Source of the DNA: an uncultured Acidobacteriota bacterium | Lineage (GTDB): Bacteria > Acidobacteriota > UBA6911 > RPQK01 > JAPXNP01 | NCBI GenBank assembly: GCA_963777605.1 | Contig: CAVZRV010000025.1 | Location: 1 to 44,141 of the forward strand | DNA: 44,141 bases | Direction of reading: 5' to 3' | In this document: piece by piece, positions 42,087 through 44,141 of the stretch | How positions within the stretch are numbered: position 1 is the stretch's first letter | Layout of the letters: every line of letters starts with the position of its first letter | Notes under the pieces: model-generated | What the model was told of the DNA's origin: nothing | Seen by the model: the letters and a program-made list of their open reading frames with translations, nothing else | The model's database searches: none | Position numbers and translations under genes: made by a program

Positions 42087-42581
42087 CTATTCTTCAGGCC
42101 AGCAGATTTGGCCGGTCGCTTCTCCCGTGCCTCCGAAAAATGCAATACGCAAAAGGACGTACCCGGTTGCCCCCTCATAACGCCCCGTTCCACCAGTGAC
42201 GACATGGGTTTCGAGATTGAAGAAATCGCCGACAGCATCGTAAGCCGGCCAGAAATTTACGCCCACCATCATGGTCTGGATTTCTCCGTGTTTACCCTCA
42301 AAGATGCTCTCCCCCCTCCAGACCGAACTATCCCCGAAGGTCGGGAACTCGAAATCGTAGCCGATGCTGTATGCGGTCCAGGTCCCGTTGATGGTCCCAA
42401 CCATGTCAGCGGTTCTACAGGGAGCGCGAAACGCTCCACAATCCTCCTGTTCAGAGAATATGGCGTAGTCGTACAAGTGCACGTTAACCTTCTCGCACCT
42501 CTTCTCGGCGGCTGCAGTCCCGGCGAGGATGAACACCGAGAAGAGAAACAGTCCGGCCAGTAACCCAGTTCCTGACTTCAT
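42087..42581 (-). CDS. Small secreted beta-rich protein, allene-oxide-cyclase/dirigent-like barrel
   Basis: ATG 42581 follows AAAGGAG. Signal peptide ending AAA; VTGGTGRYEGATG motif. Confidence 0.65.
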   Translation of the reverse strand: MKSGTGLLAGLFLFSVFILAGTAAAEKRCEKVNVHLYDYAIFSEQEDCGAFRAPCRTADMVGTINGTWTAYSIGYDFEFPTFGDSSVWRGESIFEGKHGEIQTMMVGVNFWPAYDAVGDFFNLETHVVTGGTGRYEGATGYVLLRIAFFGGTGEATGQICWPEE

Positions 42582-42710
42582 GACACATCTCCTTTCGAAA
42601 GTTGACCCTGTCTTAAGTGGTTGTAGATAAACCAAAAAGAAACGGAAGAACCTGCTTCATGAGACAACCTTTTCTGAATTGGTTCAGAACTAAGAAGTAC
42701 TTCTTCTTCG

Positions 42711-42754
42711 TTGAGGAAGTCGTGAAGAAACCTGGAAGTTTCCTTGAATCTTTC
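42711..42754. promoter_or_regulatory. Four 11-bp-phased imperfect direct repeats, candidate wHTH operator
   Basis: ttgaggaagtc/gtgaagaaacc/tggaagtttcc/ttgaatctttc start at 42711, 42722, 42733 and 42744. Confidence 0.5.
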
Positions 42755-42842
42755 TCCCGGGAAGGCAAAACTGCCCTGGTTTCTGTTGCCGCTTGGCTTG
42801 CGTCCCAGAAACCAGATCTTGTGGATCAAACTGCTGGGCCCA

Positions 42843-42872
42843 TTGTGTCCTGTGAGCTGTCAGCGGTAACAT
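42843..42872 (+). promoter_or_regulatory. sigma70-like promoter of the wHTH gene
   Basis: TTGTGT-N18-TAACAT in the same gcg.ta.cattc context as 17251 and 19534. Confidence 0.45.
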
Positions 42873-42907
42873 TCAGAACAAGCCAATACCACGAGGACCG
42901 ATAAGCC

Positions 42908-43355
42908 ATGGGGCCGGCTGAGGAATTCCAGGTGGGGGAATGGCGAGTTCGTCCACCGCTCAATGAAATTCAGAACAGCAGCGAGGTGCGCCACCTCGAA
43001 CCCAAGGTGATGAATGTCCTCTGCTACCTGGCGGGCCACGCGGGAGCGGTGCTTACAAAGGAACAGATAATCCAGGCAGTCTGGCCGAATACCTTTGTCA
43101 CGGATTGGGTACTCTCCCATGCGATATCAGAAGCCCGCAAAGCACTCGGAGATGATGCGGGAGTTCGTTTCCTCGGTGGCGATTGCCTGTGTCCATCTTG
43201 GCCTCGGTAACAAGGACCAGGCCCTGGGCTGGCTAGAGCAAGCCTGCCAGGAAAGAAACCAGAGATTGATTGGCCTGAAGACACATTGGCGGTACGATCC
43301 GCTTCGCGCCGAACCCCGCTTTCAGGAACTGCTCCGGCGGATGAATTTCCCATAG
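42908..43355 (+). pseudogene. Internally deleted wHTH-TPR regulator
   Basis: The wHTH runs to RKALGDDA (~43158), then jumps out of frame to the terminal TPR helix QALGWLEQA..ER...YDPLRAEPRFQELLRRMNFP. Confidence 0.75.
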
Positions 43356-43842
43356 TTGCAGACCAAACGTGTTTGAGAGAGGCTCCAGCATAGTTGACGG
43401 TATAGTGTTTTGCGTGCCGCTTGCAGGAATCAGTCTCTGCCGGTTCGAAATTGATAATTTCCCGGCAGGACTTCAGAACTCAGACTGCCCTTGAAAGTTC
43501 ATCTTGTTCGGGTGGAATGTTGTTTTCAGCGACCGGTCGGGTGTCACGGGAAGTCGCAGTCCCTCCGCAATCTCCGTCATCAGTTTTCTCCTATTCACTG
43601 CAGCCGGGAGCTGGAACTTGCTGCCTGAAAGGTTTCTGGTGTCGGCACCTTCGTGTGAATCTTAGCGCAAACGGAAACTAAATGAACGGATTCCTGTTTC
43701 CGACGTGTACGCAGTTGAAGAACGATAATCCGCGCCTCTCCGCTTCTGATCGCTGTGATAGTGTTTCTGTCCGGGGTCTTAACGATCCTGCCGCGGGCGA
43801 AATCACCCGGCTACCCCGAGTACTCGATCCAGCACTCGGTTG

Positions 43843-44065
43843 TCAGAACGGCGCCACGTAAATCACTCTGCGCCGGTACTTTGGAATGAACACCAGTTGA
43901 TAATTACACTCCGACTTCGCGTGCTGTAGACTGCTGTAGTTCGTGATGGAACGCCCTTTCGTACGGCTTTGGTCGGCTCGCGAAGGGGAGTTCTCAATCA
44001 GACTCCCGCAAATGTCAAACTCCGCCTGCCTCTCCGGCAGAGCCGGGGGGACTCCCATTTTCGAC
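43843..44065 (-). mobile_element. tnpA: IS200/IS605 family remnant: left-end hairpin and truncated TnpA N-terminus
   Basis: YSSLQHAKSECNYQLVFIPKYRRRVIY (Y1 transposase N-terminus). The expected start reads ATC. Upstream hairpin gggagtccccccggc-tct-gccggagagg. Confidence 0.75.
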
Positions 44066-44141
44066 TGGCTCCGCCAGCTCTCAGGGAAAAGGAAGGCATG
44101 CAGGGATGAAAATTCGTCCAGAGAGCAATGATTCGGCACTC

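Noticed and set aside
43760-43860. Group II intron end or other element truncating tnpA
   Set aside because: Short hairpins are present, but no domain V consensus and no RT ORF.
1-44141. CRISPR array, tRNA or rRNA genes
   Set aside because: No regularly spaced 25-45 bp repeats, cas genes or recognisable structural RNA seen by eye.

Overview
GC-rich bacterial DNA. The gene content (expanded Hanks-type kinase and CadC-like wHTH receptors with TolB-like PD40 beta-propellers, Npt-type translocases) suggests Acidobacteriota, but that is inference only. Many genes carry 1-bp frameshifts, probably long-read or polishing errors. (1) About 0.1-28 kb is an array of seven single-TM receptor genes plus a remnant. 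Each joins an intracellular output module (Ser/Thr kinase, wHTH, or both) to an extracytoplasmic PD40 propeller. The kinase cassettes form a nucleotide-level mosaic of shared blocks, with duplicated promoters, identical ATGATTGA junctions and an identical 3' tail. Secreted hydrolases, an aspartyl protease, a metallophosphoesterase and an ATP/ADP-translocase-like gene are interspersed. (2) About 28.6-34.5 kb holds a second Npt-like transporter, a CocE fragment, an ECF sigma/anti-sigma unit, a PARG-like TIGR02452 gene and a Tat-exported TIM-barrel epimerase. (3) About 34.8-42.1 kb is the best candidate for a new system, an unusual RiPP-like cluster. It comprises a GT4 glycosyltransferase, a fused RRE-E1-YcaO cyclodehydratase, an 81-aa Cys-free Nif11-like precursor with its own promoter, a translationally coupled kinase-TPR protein and a divergent Irp3/PchG-like thiazolinyl imide reductase. 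No azole-forming dehydrogenase and no NRPS are present in the window. (4) The end contains a secreted AOC/dirigent-like protein, a deleted wHTH-TPR gene and an IS200/IS605 remnant.
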